From positions 19,544 to 83,543 of the forward strand of contig JAFUEX010000003.1 of NCBI GenBank assembly GCA_017470165.1: a DNA stretch of 64,000 bases, given 5' to 3'. Both the position numbers and the translations under genes were made by a program. Positions 28,814 through 37,630 of this stretch are shown here, piece after piece; the first letter of the stretch is position 1, and the number at the start of each line of letters is the position of its first letter. The DNA is from Alphaproteobacteria bacterium. Its GTDB lineage: Bacteria; Pseudomonadota; Alphaproteobacteria; RF32; CAG-239. The notes beneath the pieces were generated by a model. It saw only the letters and a program-made list of their open reading frames with translations, made no database searches and had not been told where the DNA came from.

Positions 28814-29767
28814 ATGAGAGACAGTTTGAGTGTAGTGATTTCGGCCTATAACGAAGGGGAGAGTGTGGAGGCTTTGCACAAAGAGTTGGTTAAAGTATGC
28901 AAGGATTTGCCGTTGAAAAATTATGAGCTGATTTTTGTGGATGACGGCTCAAAGGATGATACTTACGCCAAATGCCGCAAGCTGCAGCAAAAAGATGCGC
29001 ATATAAAAATAGTGAGGTTGCGGCGTAATTTCGGGCACGAGATTGCTATGACCGCGGGAATGGATTATGCCAAAGGTGAGGCAGTGGTGTTTATGGATGC
29101 AGATTTGCAGCATCCGCCAGTTTATATTAAAGAGATGGTTAAATACTGGCAAGAAGGAATGGATATCGTGCTGACCAAAAGGGTAGAAAATAAGGCAACT
29201 TCTAAGGTTTATGATTTCTGCGCTTGGGCGTTTTATAAGGTGCTGAACTTTTTGTCCGACACGAATATTCCAGCCAAAACACCGGATTTTCGGCTGATAG
29301 ACCGCAAGTTTATCGATTTTCTGAAACAGTTTAACGAGCACGACAGGTTGTTTCGCGGGTTGTTGAGCTGGGCGATGCCCAATGACAAGGTGAAGGTGAT
29401 TGATTTTGTGGCACCGGAGCGGTTTGCCGGCTGTTCCAAATATAATTTCCGTAAGTCACTGACGCTGGCGCTCAACAGCATTGTGCAGTTTTCAACTAAG
29501 CCGCTCAGATTGTCGATATATTTGGGGTTGTTGACGGCTTTGCTGTCGGGTATTTTAGGACTGTGGGTGATTGTGGAGCATTTTGTGATGAAACAGCCGA
29601 CCCCCGGTTATGCCACGATTATGACTACGGTTATTTTTATCGGTTCGGTGCAGCTCATTGTGTTGGGAATTATCGGCGAATATATCGGCAAGATCCATAT
29701 GGAGGTGAAGGGGCGCCCGTTGTACATAGCCGAATATAACGAAAAGGCAGAGAAAAATGATAAATAA
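28814..29767 (+). CDS. Polyprenyl-phosphate glycosyltransferase, GT2 (ArnC/GtrB-like)
   Basis: VVISAYNEGESV, FVDDGSKDDT, FMDADLQHPP, plus two C-terminal TM helices. Confidence 0.85.
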   Translation: MRDSLSVVISAYNEGESVEALHKELVKVCKDLPLKNYELIFVDDGSKDDTYAKCRKLQQKDAHIKIVRLRRNFGHEIAMTAGMDYAKGEAVVFMDADLQHPPVYIKEMVKYWQEGMDIVLTKRVENKATSKVYDFCAWAFYKVLNFLSDTNIPAKTPDFRLIDRKFIDFLKQFNEHDRLFRGLLSWAMPNDKVKVIDFVAPERFAGCSKYNFRKSLTLALNSIVQFSTKPLRLSIYLGLLTALLSGILGLWVIVEHFVMKQPTPGYATIMTTVIFIGSVQLIVLGIIGEYIGKIHMEVKGRPLYIAEYNEKAEKNDK

Positions 29768-30581
29768 GATTTTTAATGCGGATGACTTCGGAATTTCTCC
29801 GGGGGTGAATATGGCGATACAAAAGGCTTATAATGAGGGGGTATTGAACGCGGCTTCGCTGATGGTAAATTGCAAATGGGCCGGACAAGCTGTGGTAATG
29901 GCCAAAGATATGCCGGAGTTGGAGCTGGGTTTGCACGCCAATTTGACTAACCAAAAGGCAATTTTGAGCTATAAAGAAATTCCGTTGTTGGTTGACCGAG
30001 AGGGAAATTTTAAGCACGGGTTTGTCGGGCTTTTGGGTGTGTCGCTGTTGCATCCGATGGAGTTGCAACGTCAGGCCAAGGCAGAGATAAAAGCGCAGTT
30101 GAAACGGATGGCGGCTTGCGGTTTGAAGATAAAACATTTGGATGCGCATCGTCATGTGCAGATGATACCGGTGATTTTTAAGGCTTGTATGGAATTGGCC
30201 AAAGAGGAGGAAATTGAGCGCATCAGGTTTATTAATGAGAACCCGCTTTCAACCATTAGACAGACCAAAGGATATGAATGGCTGAAAGACGGCGGGTTGA
30301 TAAAAAGTATGGTGCTTAGCGGGTGTGCTGTGGTTAATAAACTTTTGTGGCGCTATAAAACCGATACTTACTTCTATTCGATTATCAATACTTGCAAAAT
30401 ATCAAAAGAAAAATTACAAGGACTTAAGGTGCCGCGCGGGTTTTCACAAATAGAGATTATGTTGCATCCGGGGATGCCGGAGATGGACAAAGAGTTTTTG
30501 AGCGATGTGTTTGATGATAATATATTGAACGATTGGCGCCGGCGGGAGCTGGAAACTTTGTTGGATAAAGAGGTTGCTTAA
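29757..30581 (+). CDS. YdjC/ChbG/HpnK-family carbohydrate deacetylase
   Basis: IFNADDFGISPGVNMAIQKAYNEGVLNAASLMVN, and later LDAHRH: YdjC-family signatures. Overlaps the GT2 gene by 11 nt. Confidence 0.8.
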   Translation: MINKIFNADDFGISPGVNMAIQKAYNEGVLNAASLMVNCKWAGQAVVMAKDMPELELGLHANLTNQKAILSYKEIPLLVDREGNFKHGFVGLLGVSLLHPMELQRQAKAEIKAQLKRMAACGLKIKHLDAHRHVQMIPVIFKACMELAKEEEIERIRFINENPLSTIRQTKGYEWLKDGGLIKSMVLSGCAVVNKLLWRYKTDTYFYSIINTCKISKEKLQGLKVPRGFSQIEIMLHPGMPEMDKEFLSDVFDDNILNDWRRRELETLLDKEVA

Positions 30582-30619
30582 GGAAAAATAATTTTTTTAT
30601 AAAAGGATGATAGGTTAAG

Positions 30620-31519
30620 ATGAAAATTGTGTTTATGGGGACGCCGGAATTTGCGGTGCCGACTTTGGAGACTTTGAGCCAAAATCACGAAATTGTTTGT
30701 GTTTATACGCGTGCGCCCTCAGTGTCGGGACGCGGAAACGAGTTGCAAAAATCGCCGGCGCATTTATGGGCTTTGGAACACGGAGTTGAGGTGTGCACTC
30801 CCAAAACCTTGCGTAATGAAGTTGAGCAGCAGAAATTTCGCGAGTGGAAGGCTGATGTCGCGATTGTGGCGGCCTATGGTTTGATTTTGCCCAAAGAGAT
30901 TATTGAGGCTTGTCCCAAAGGATGTTTGAATGTGCACGGGTCGCTGTTGCCGAGATGGCGGGGGGCGGCGCCGATGCAGCGAGCAATTGAGGCCGGTGAT
31001 AAAACTACCGGCATAACCATTATGCAGGTGGTGGAAAAATTGGATGCCGGAGCGATGTATAAAAAGGGTGAGATAGTGATTGATGAGGATATGACAGTCG
31101 GTGTTTTGCACGATAAAATGGCAGCGCTGGGGGCAAAGCTGATGAGCGAGGTGCTTGATAAGCTGGATGAGATTACGCCGGTGGAGCAAGACGAAAGTTT
31201 GGCAACCTATGCCGCTAAGATAGACAAGGCGGAAAGCCGGCTTAATTTTACGGAAGATGCGATTGTGCTTGAGCGAAAGATAAGGGCGTTTAATCCTTAT
31301 CCGGCGGCTTATTTCGAGCATAAAGGAGAGAGGTTTAAGCTGCTGAAGTGCAAAGTAAGATGTGATATAACCGGCCCGAAAGCAGGAGAGATACGTCAGG
31401 AGAACAACAAGCTGTTTATTATTTGCGGTAAGGGTGCTTTGCAGGCAGAGATTGTTCAGCGTCAGGGCAAAAAGGCAATGACGGCTGAAGAGTTGTTGCG
31501 AGGCTACAGTTTTTTGTAA
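30620..31519 (+). CDS. fmt: Methionyl-tRNA formyltransferase
   Basis: MKIVFMGTPEFAVPTL.., NVHGSLLPRWRGAAPMQRAI. Confidence 0.95.
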   Translation: MKIVFMGTPEFAVPTLETLSQNHEIVCVYTRAPSVSGRGNELQKSPAHLWALEHGVEVCTPKTLRNEVEQQKFREWKADVAIVAAYGLILPKEIIEACPKGCLNVHGSLLPRWRGAAPMQRAIEAGDKTTGITIMQVVEKLDAGAMYKKGEIVIDEDMTVGVLHDKMAALGAKLMSEVLDKLDEITPVEQDESLATYAAKIDKAESRLNFTEDAIVLERKIRAFNPYPAAYFEHKGERFKLLKCKVRCDITGPKAGEIRQENNKLFIICGKGALQAEIVQRQGKKAMTAEELLRGYSFL

Positions 31520-31546
31520 AATCAGGCAGACAGAAGCAAAAGAAAA

Positions 31547-31579
31547 CCCGTTGCCTGAAGATTTGCTTCAAGCAACGGG
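31547..31579 (-). terminator. Intrinsic terminator downstream of the 81-aa ORF
   Basis: CCCGTTGC-C-TGAAG / CTTCA-A-GCAACGGG hairpin. On the minus strand it is followed by TTTTCTTTTG. Confidence 0.6.
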
Positions 31580-31608
31580 AGGGCACTAAGACCTTGAAGG
31601 GTTATCCT

Positions 31609-31854
31609 TTAAGGTTTAATGTTTCGATAGGCGCTAGACTCACTGTCTTTTACCAACTTTACTTTGTTGGGACTTTGCAATACACCTAAGTATTTTTCCT
31701 TGTTCGGTCCTTTAACCCAGCTGGTATACAGCGGCTCGGACTTAGGCGCTGATTTTAATACTGCGTATTTGTTGGTTGCAACAAAGCCTTGAGGAAGATT
31801 GGCTTTGATTTGGTCTAAGGCTTTAAGCCCATCGATTTTCTGTTCAGTACTCAT
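31609..31854 (-). CDS. Hypothetical 81-aa basic protein
   Basis: Isolated ORF with its own terminator. No family recognised. Confidence 0.4.
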   Translation of the reverse strand: MSTEQKIDGLKALDQIKANLPQGFVATNKYAVLKSAPKSEPLYTSWVKGPNKEKYLGVLQSPNKVKLVKDSESSAYRNIKP

Positions 31855-32071
31855 AAAGTATAAAAATTTTTTTAGGTCTAACTATGCTCGGTTATAAACA
31901 TATCACGAAAGGCAACAGAGCTTAGTTCGACAATTTAAAATAATTAATTAAATAATGATATGTCTGGGTATATTATACAGTGGAATATTTTTTATGCAAG
32001 TTGAAATTTGAACTTTTTTTGATTAGTATCGTTTGTAATAGTATGAGGTGTTTTTTTTCAAGGGGATACCA

Positions 32072-33217
32072 ATGAACAAACAATATGTGATATCAACGGC
32101 ATTGGCGGCGGTTTTGCTGCTCGGAGGTTGCGAGAATAAAAAACCGGATTATGTTACGGCAAAGGTTGCAGTGGGCGATATAAGCCAAAAAATTACCGCG
32201 TCAGGTACTATCAATCCGATTTCGACAGTGGTTATCGGTACGCAGGTTTCGGGGATTATTTCCGAGATTTATGTGGACTTTAACTCGCAGGTAAAAAAGG
32301 GAGAGCTGTTGGCGGTGATTGACCCGCAAACCTTTGAGGCGGCAGTTGACCAAAAACAAGCGGCGCTGGATATTGCCAAAGCAGAGCTGAAAGTGACCGA
32401 GAATGATATCGTGTATTATAAAAAGCATCTCGACAGAATAAAAAAACTTAATACTTCCAAATATTCCACCGACAAAGAGCTCGAGTCGGCAGAAAGAGAT
32501 TATAATAATGCCGTGGCCGAAAAAGCCCTGCGTGAGGCACAAGTGAAGCAGGCTGAGGCTTCGTTGAAGCAAGCTAAGATTGATTTGGATTATACCAAAA
32601 TCACTTCATCGGTGGATGGGGTAGTAATCTCGCGCGAGGTTGAAGTAGGACAGACGGTGGCAGCCAGTTTTGAGACACCGACATTATTTAATGTGGCCGA
32701 AGATTTGACCAAGATGCAGATTGAGGCTTCGGTGGTGGAGGCAGATATTGCCAAGGTTAGCGAAGGACAAAAGGTTTATTTCTCGGTTGATAGTTTTCCC
32801 GATGAAATCTTCGAGGGAGTGGTAACACAAGTGCGTAATAATCCAGTGACCACATCTAATGTTGTTACTTATGAAGTGATTATCAGCGTGGATAACAAAG
32901 ATATGAAGATTAAGCCGGGAATGACCGCAAATGTGGAGATTGTTACTGCAGAAAAGAAAGATGCTCTGCTGGTGCCGAACAAGGCATTGCGTTTTTATGT
33001 TACCGGTGAAGACGGTCAGGTAAAGCGTTATAATGACAAAGGAATATGGTTGCTGCGCGGCGGTAAGTTGGTCAGAGAGAGCATCAGTGTCGGGGTTAGC
33101 GATGATGAGGCAACCGAGATTATCTCAGATAAGATTAAATCCGGCGATGCGGTGGTGTTGGAAGATAAAAATGCCGCGGTTGACAAGTCGCAGATGAGAA
33201 TGAGGATGCCGCACTGA
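32072..33217 (+). CDS. macA: Efflux periplasmic adaptor (MacA/HlyD-like) lipoprotein
   Basis: MNKQYVISTALAAVLLLGGC lipobox, coiled-coil hairpin region, barrel-sandwich motifs. Confidence 0.8.
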   Translation: MNKQYVISTALAAVLLLGGCENKKPDYVTAKVAVGDISQKITASGTINPISTVVIGTQVSGIISEIYVDFNSQVKKGELLAVIDPQTFEAAVDQKQAALDIAKAELKVTENDIVYYKKHLDRIKKLNTSKYSTDKELESAERDYNNAVAEKALREAQVKQAEASLKQAKIDLDYTKITSSVDGVVISREVEVGQTVAASFETPTLFNVAEDLTKMQIEASVVEADIAKVSEGQKVYFSVDSFPDEIFEGVVTQVRNNPVTTSNVVTYEVIISVDNKDMKIKPGMTANVEIVTAEKKDALLVPNKALRFYVTGEDGQVKRYNDKGIWLLRGGKLVRESISVGVSDDEATEIISDKIKSGDAVVLEDKNAAVDKSQMRMRMPH

Positions 33218-33903
33218 TGAGTTTGATTGAGCTTAATAATATTACCAAAAGTTATCCTTTGGGCGATGGTTTTCTGCAGATTTTGAAAGGCATTAACCTA
33301 AAGATTGAGAAAGGTGATTTTGTGGCGATTATGGGGCCTTCGGGGTCGGGCAAATCAACTTGTATGAATATTTTGGGCTGTTTGGACAAGCCGACCTCTG
33401 GGAGTTATGTTTTAGACGGGCAGCGGGTGGATAGTTTGTCATCGGATGAGCTGGCGCAGGTGCGCAACCAAAAAATCGGGTTTGTGTTTCAGGGGTTTAA
33501 TCTGCTGAGCCGAACTTCGGCTTTGGAAAATGTGGAGCTGCCGATGGTTTATGCCAATATTCCGGCTGCGGAGCGCGAGAGGAGAGCGCAGGAGGCTTTG
33601 CAAAAAGTGGGTTTGGGCGAGCGGATGGACCATCAGCCCAATCAGCTTTCGGGAGGTCAACAGCAGCGGGTGGCGATTGCTCGGGCGATTGTTAATGAGG
33701 CGCCGATTATTTTTGCTGATGAGCCGACCGGTAATTTGGACACCAAAATGAGTGTGGAAATTATGAAATTATTTACGGAATTGAACGAGGAGCTGGGGCG
33801 TACGATTATTTTGGTGACCCATGAGGAGGATATTGCCAGCTACGCCAAAAGAATTATTAAGATAGTTGATGGCGAAATTAATTCGGATAAAAGAAATGAT
33901 TGA
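33217..33903 (+). CDS. ABC transporter ATP-binding protein (MacB/LolD-type)
   Basis: Walker A GPSGSGKST, signature LSGGQQQRVAIARA, Walker B IIFADEPT. Confidence 0.9.
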   Translation: MSLIELNNITKSYPLGDGFLQILKGINLKIEKGDFVAIMGPSGSGKSTCMNILGCLDKPTSGSYVLDGQRVDSLSSDELAQVRNQKIGFVFQGFNLLSRTSALENVELPMVYANIPAAERERRAQEALQKVGLGERMDHQPNQLSGGQQQRVAIARAIVNEAPIIFADEPTGNLDTKMSVEIMKLFTELNEELGRTIILVTHEEDIASYAKRIIKIVDGEINSDKRND

Positions 33904-35125
33904 TTTAAAAACGATTTTTTCAATTGCAGTGCGGGCGATTAAAGCCAACAAGATGCGCTCGATTTTAACCTCGCTAGGAATTATTATTGGGGTGGCTGCG
34001 GTGATTGTGATGCTGTCGGTGGGGAATGGTGCGCAAATTTCCATCCAAAATGAGATGAAAACCATGGGCTCGAACCTGATTATTATCCGCTCCGGTGTGG
34101 CGACATCTTCGGGGGCGCGCGGAGGCGGCGGCTCGCAACCGACAATGAAAAAATCGGACGGCGATGCCATACAGGACAAAATTGATGCAATAAAATTAGC
34201 GGCGCCGCAGTTGGATGAGACGGCACAGTTGGTGTATGGTAATGCCAACTGGTCGACGGTGGTTTCGGGAACCGATAATCGTTATTTTCAAATCAAAGAG
34301 TGGGATTTGGCTTATGGCAAATTCTTCTCGGACAGTGACGTAAAAACCGCGGCCAAGGTAGCTATTCTGGGACAGACGGTGGTTAATGAATTGTTTGGCG
34401 ATGTTGACCCGCTGGGCAAAAATATTCGGGTTAAGGGTATACCGTTTAAGATTATCGGCGTACTGCAAAGCCGCGGCCAATCGGGGATGGGGCAAGATCA
34501 GGATGATGCGGTGTATATTCCGATTACCACCGCGCAAAAAAAAGTGATGGGTATATCTTTTCCCGATCAGGTTAAGATGATTATTTTGCAGGCAGTGGAT
34601 GCGCGCAGCACCTATACCTCGCAAGACGAGATTAAGCAGCTTTTGCGGCAGCGGCATAATCTCGGAGCCAATAAAGATGATGATTTTATTATTATGAATC
34701 TGACCCAGATGATGGAGATGATGGAGAGCTCAACACAGGTAATGACTATTTTGCTGGGGGCGATTGCCTCAATCTCGCTGTTGGTGGGAGGTATCGGTAT
34801 TATGAATATTATGCTGGTTTCGGTCACCGAGCGCACAAGGGAAATCGGTATACGTATGGCAATAGGAGCAAAGGCGTGGGATATTCGTTGGCAATTTTTG
34901 ATGGAGGCGTTGGTGCTGTCGCTTATCGGCGGGCTGGTTGGCGTGGTGTTCGGTTTGATTGGCTCGTATTTGGTGGGAGTGTTCAGCTCATTGCCGGCAT
35001 CGGTGTCGGTGGTATATGTGCTGCTGCCGTTTTCGTTTGCCGGTATTGTCGGGTTGTTCTTCGGGTTTTATCCGGCATATAAGGCATCATTGTTGAACCC
35101 CATCAGTGCGTTGCGCTATGAATAA
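33896..35125 (+). CDS. ABC transporter permease (MacB/FtsX-like)
   Basis: ATG 33896 overlaps the upstream stop (ATGATTGA). MacB_PCD periplasmic domain plus FtsX TM bundle, ending ..LNPISALRYE. Confidence 0.85.
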   Translation: MIDLKTIFSIAVRAIKANKMRSILTSLGIIIGVAAVIVMLSVGNGAQISIQNEMKTMGSNLIIIRSGVATSSGARGGGGSQPTMKKSDGDAIQDKIDAIKLAAPQLDETAQLVYGNANWSTVVSGTDNRYFQIKEWDLAYGKFFSDSDVKTAAKVAILGQTVVNELFGDVDPLGKNIRVKGIPFKIIGVLQSRGQSGMGQDQDDAVYIPITTAQKKVMGISFPDQVKMIILQAVDARSTYTSQDEIKQLLRQRHNLGANKDDDFIIMNLTQMMEMMESSTQVMTILLGAIASISLLVGGIGIMNIMLVSVTERTREIGIRMAIGAKAWDIRWQFLMEALVLSLIGGLVGVVFGLIGSYLVGVFSSLPASVSVVYVLLPFSFAGIVGLFFGFYPAYKASLLNPISALRYE

Positions 35126-35128
35126 AAC

Positions 35129-36064
35129 TCAGTGTTGGAGGAAACGGCCGGCCTCAATGGCGGCTTGAGCGCCGGAGCCGGCGGCGATGATGGCCTGACG
35201 GAAAATGGGGTCTTTTACATCTCCGGCAGCAAATACGCCTTCAATAGAGGTAGCGCAACTGTCGGGAGCAGTGGTGATATAGCCTTTGGCATCAAGCTGC
35301 AATTGACCTTCGAACAGACGGGTGTTGGGCTGGTGGCCGACGGCAACAAAAGCTCCGGCGGCGGAGATGGTTTCGGTTTTGTCGTTTTTGATGTTTCTGA
35401 TTTTGAGGGCTTGCAGCAACAAAGGATCATCTTCCCCGATAAATTCTTCGACTACCGAATTGTATTTGATGGTTATTTTGGGATTTTTTCGCAGTTTGTC
35501 CTGCAAAATTTTGTCTGCACGCAAGGTGTCGCGGCGATGGATGAGGGTGACCGAGTGAGCAAAATTGGTCAAATAAACCGCTTCTTCCGCGGCGGAATTG
35601 CCACCGCCGATAACGGCTACATCCTGATTGCGATAGAAAAATCCGTCACAGGTGGCGCAGGCGGAGATGCCATGACCGCGGAATTTGGTTTCGCTGGAAA
35701 TATCAAGCCATTTGGCTGAAGAGCCGGTGGCTATAATTACCGAGTGTGCCAAAAAAATATTGTGGTTGGCGGAAACACACTCAAAAGGCCGGTGCTGAAA
35801 GTCGGTTTCGACAATGGTGTCATTGATAATTTTAACCCCGAAATGCATGGCTTGTTTTTGCATAATATCCATCAATTCCAAAGTGGAAGATGATTGGTTG
35901 AAACCGGGGTAATTCTCAATTTCCGGCGAGGAGGTCAGCTGTCCGCCAACCTCACTGCCGGAGATAAGAAGCGGAGCAAGGCCGGCGCGCGCGGCGTAAA
36001 TGCCGGCAGTGTATCCGGCCGGACCCGAGCCTATAATAAGCACTTTGCTGCGATATTCTGCCAT
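35129..36064 (-). CDS. trxB: Thioredoxin-disulfide reductase
   Basis: GSGPAGYTAGIYAARA, redox-active CATCDG, GGGNSAAEEA. Confidence 0.95.
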   Translation of the reverse strand: MAEYRSKVLIIGSGPAGYTAGIYAARAGLAPLLISGSEVGGQLTSSPEIENYPGFNQSSSTLELMDIMQKQAMHFGVKIINDTIVETDFQHRPFECVSANHNIFLAHSVIIATGSSAKWLDISSETKFRGHGISACATCDGFFYRNQDVAVIGGGNSAAEEAVYLTNFAHSVTLIHRRDTLRADKILQDKLRKNPKITIKYNSVVEEFIGEDDPLLLQALKIRNIKNDKTETISAAGAFVAVGHQPNTRLFEGQLQLDAKGYITTAPDSCATSIEGVFAAGDVKDPIFRQAIIAAGSGAQAAIEAGRFLQH

Positions 36065-36076
36065 AAGATAAGGCCG

Positions 36077-36298
36077 TTAGTTGTTGTGACACTCGCAACC
36101 ACCCTTCTCAGAGCAATTGCATATATCATAGTGGAGAGAGTGCGGGTCAAGATAAACATCGGATGCACATTCAATGTTGTGAAGATTGGCATATTGACAG
36201 GAATAGATGCCGGTGTTGTTGGGATAAGAACAGCCGCATTTGTTGTCCTCATCACAGTCACAAAAATTGTTGTTATCAATGGTGTCATCGGTATCCAT
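36077..36298 (-). CDS. Cys/His-rich 73-aa protein (10 Cys, 4 His), unknown family
   Basis: AAGGAGA RBS 8 nt before ATG 36298: MDTDDTIDNNNFCDCDEDNKCGCSYPNNTGIYSCQYANLHNIECASDVYLDPHSLHYDICNCSEKGGCECHNN. The stop is 12 nt upstream of the trxB start. Confidence 0.5.
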   Translation of the reverse strand: MDTDDTIDNNNFCDCDEDNKCGCSYPNNTGIYSCQYANLHNIECASDVYLDPHSLHYDICNCSEKGGCECHNN

Positions 36299-36321
36299 AA
36301 TGGTTGTCTCCTTAATGCTAT

Positions 36322-36358
36322 GAAAAAAAACAGCGCCGTTGAACATAACGACGCTGTT
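36322..36358 (-). terminator. Intrinsic terminator after greA
   Basis: On the minus strand: AACAGCG..CGCTGTT stem (36358..36329, extended by 4 further pairs) followed by T8. Confidence 0.65.
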
Positions 36359-36382
36359 AAATATAATCAGAACAGGAGATAA

Positions 36383-36856
36383 TTAAACGTATTTTATCTC
36401 GATTATTTCAAAAGATTTTTGTCCCGAAGGGGCGCGGAATTCCGCAACATCGCCCACTTCTTTACCTATAAGCGCTTTGGCCAAAGGAGAAGACAAAGAA
36501 ATTTTGTTTTTTTCGATATCCGCCTCATAGTCGCCGACAATCTGATAAGCGCGTTCGGTATCGTCATCTTCATCGGCCACCAAAACCGTGGCGCCAAAAC
36601 GAATAATATCGCTTTTGATATTGGCAACGTCAATAACCTGAGCACGGCTCAAAACCGCTTCCAAATCCTGAATGCGGCCTTCGATAAAACTTTGTTTTTC
36701 TTTGGCGGCAGAATATTCGGCGTTTTCGGAGAGGTCACCTTGAGCTCTTGCTTCGGAAATCGCAGCAATAATGTTAGGACGCTCAACCCCTTTAAGGTTC
36801 TTAAGTTCTGCTTCCAAGGCGGTAAAACCAACCTTGGTCAAAGGTATTTTTTCCAT
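36383..36856 (-). CDS. greA: Transcription elongation factor GreA
   Basis: MEKIPLTKVGFTALEAELKNLK..RPNIIAAISEARAQGDLSENAEY. The second ATG (36856) has better GAGGTG spacing. Confidence 0.9.
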   Translation of the reverse strand: MEKIPLTKVGFTALEAELKNLKGVERPNIIAAISEARAQGDLSENAEYSAAKEKQSFIEGRIQDLEAVLSRAQVIDVANIKSDIIRFGATVLVADEDDDTERAYQIVGDYEADIEKNKISLSSPLAKALIGKEVGDVAEFRAPSGQKSFEIIEIKYV

Positions 36857-37027
36857 TTCCATTCACCTCATAATTACAAAAAACATCGGAAAAAAAGAAC
36901 TGCGAGGGAGGCCTATCTCCTTCACAGAACGGTTTTTTAATCTCGTAATAGCCAAGTACATAGCACCGATTTTGCAATAAATCAAGTATAATTTTGCGGT
37001 TTGCCACCGTTGAGGAGTAAATTTTGG

Positions 37028-37055
37028 TTGCTTTAAGTGAAAAATATGCTATAAT
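37028..37055 (+). promoter_or_regulatory. Extended -10 promoter candidate for the 181-aa ORF
   Basis: TTGCTT (37028..37033), 16-nt spacer, TATAAT preceded by TGC (TGCTATAAT, 37047..37055). Confidence 0.5.
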
Positions 37056-37084
37056 GACAAAAAATTGACAAAATGGAGGTGGCT

Positions 37085-37630
37085 ATGGCAGTTGAGGATG
37101 CACAATATCAGTCTTTTTTGGGGAGATTATATGATGCTCGTATACAAATAGCTTGGTGGTATAAGCAAAAAGGCGAGGCAATGTATCGCAGAGGTCCCAG
37201 ACCGTTCGGGTGGGAAGAAGCTAATCGTTATCGGGATAATCTGAGCAGTTATTTTCGCTCGTTGGGGAAAGACGAGGCAGCGCGTGTGGCGGGAAATTTT
37301 GCTTTTGCTATAGTCAAGACAATGTATAAGTACAATTATTTTCGCAAAGATGTTGAAACAATTGTAACACTCTGCTGCAAGGATTTTATGACCGAAGAGG
37401 ATAAAAGCAAGCTGGGAAAACTGATGGCCGCTATTAAGAGCCCTAAGTCAAAAAGCAACAGCAAAACCGAGGCATCCGAGGGGAAAAATACATCCGAGGC
37501 AAAGAATACAGCAGCCGCAACATCTAAACAAAACAACAAGCCTCAAGAGCCGCAAAAGATCGCGGCGCCAAAGTTGGCACCGAAAAAGCCTTTGGTGTAT
37601 AAACAAGCTGCAATCAGCTTTACTTATTAG
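37085..37630 (+). CDS. Hypothetical 181-aa protein with a K/S/A-rich disordered C-terminal half
   Basis: GGAGGTG RBS before ATG 37085, with a good promoter upstream. No family recognised. The stop overlaps the uvrA stop. Confidence 0.45.
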   Translation: MAVEDAQYQSFLGRLYDARIQIAWWYKQKGEAMYRRGPRPFGWEEANRYRDNLSSYFRSLGKDEAARVAGNFAFAIVKTMYKYNYFRKDVETIVTLCCKDFMTEEDKSKLGKLMAAIKSPKSKSNSKTEASEGKNTSEAKNTAAATSKQNNKPQEPQKIAAPKLAPKKPLVYKQAAISFTY

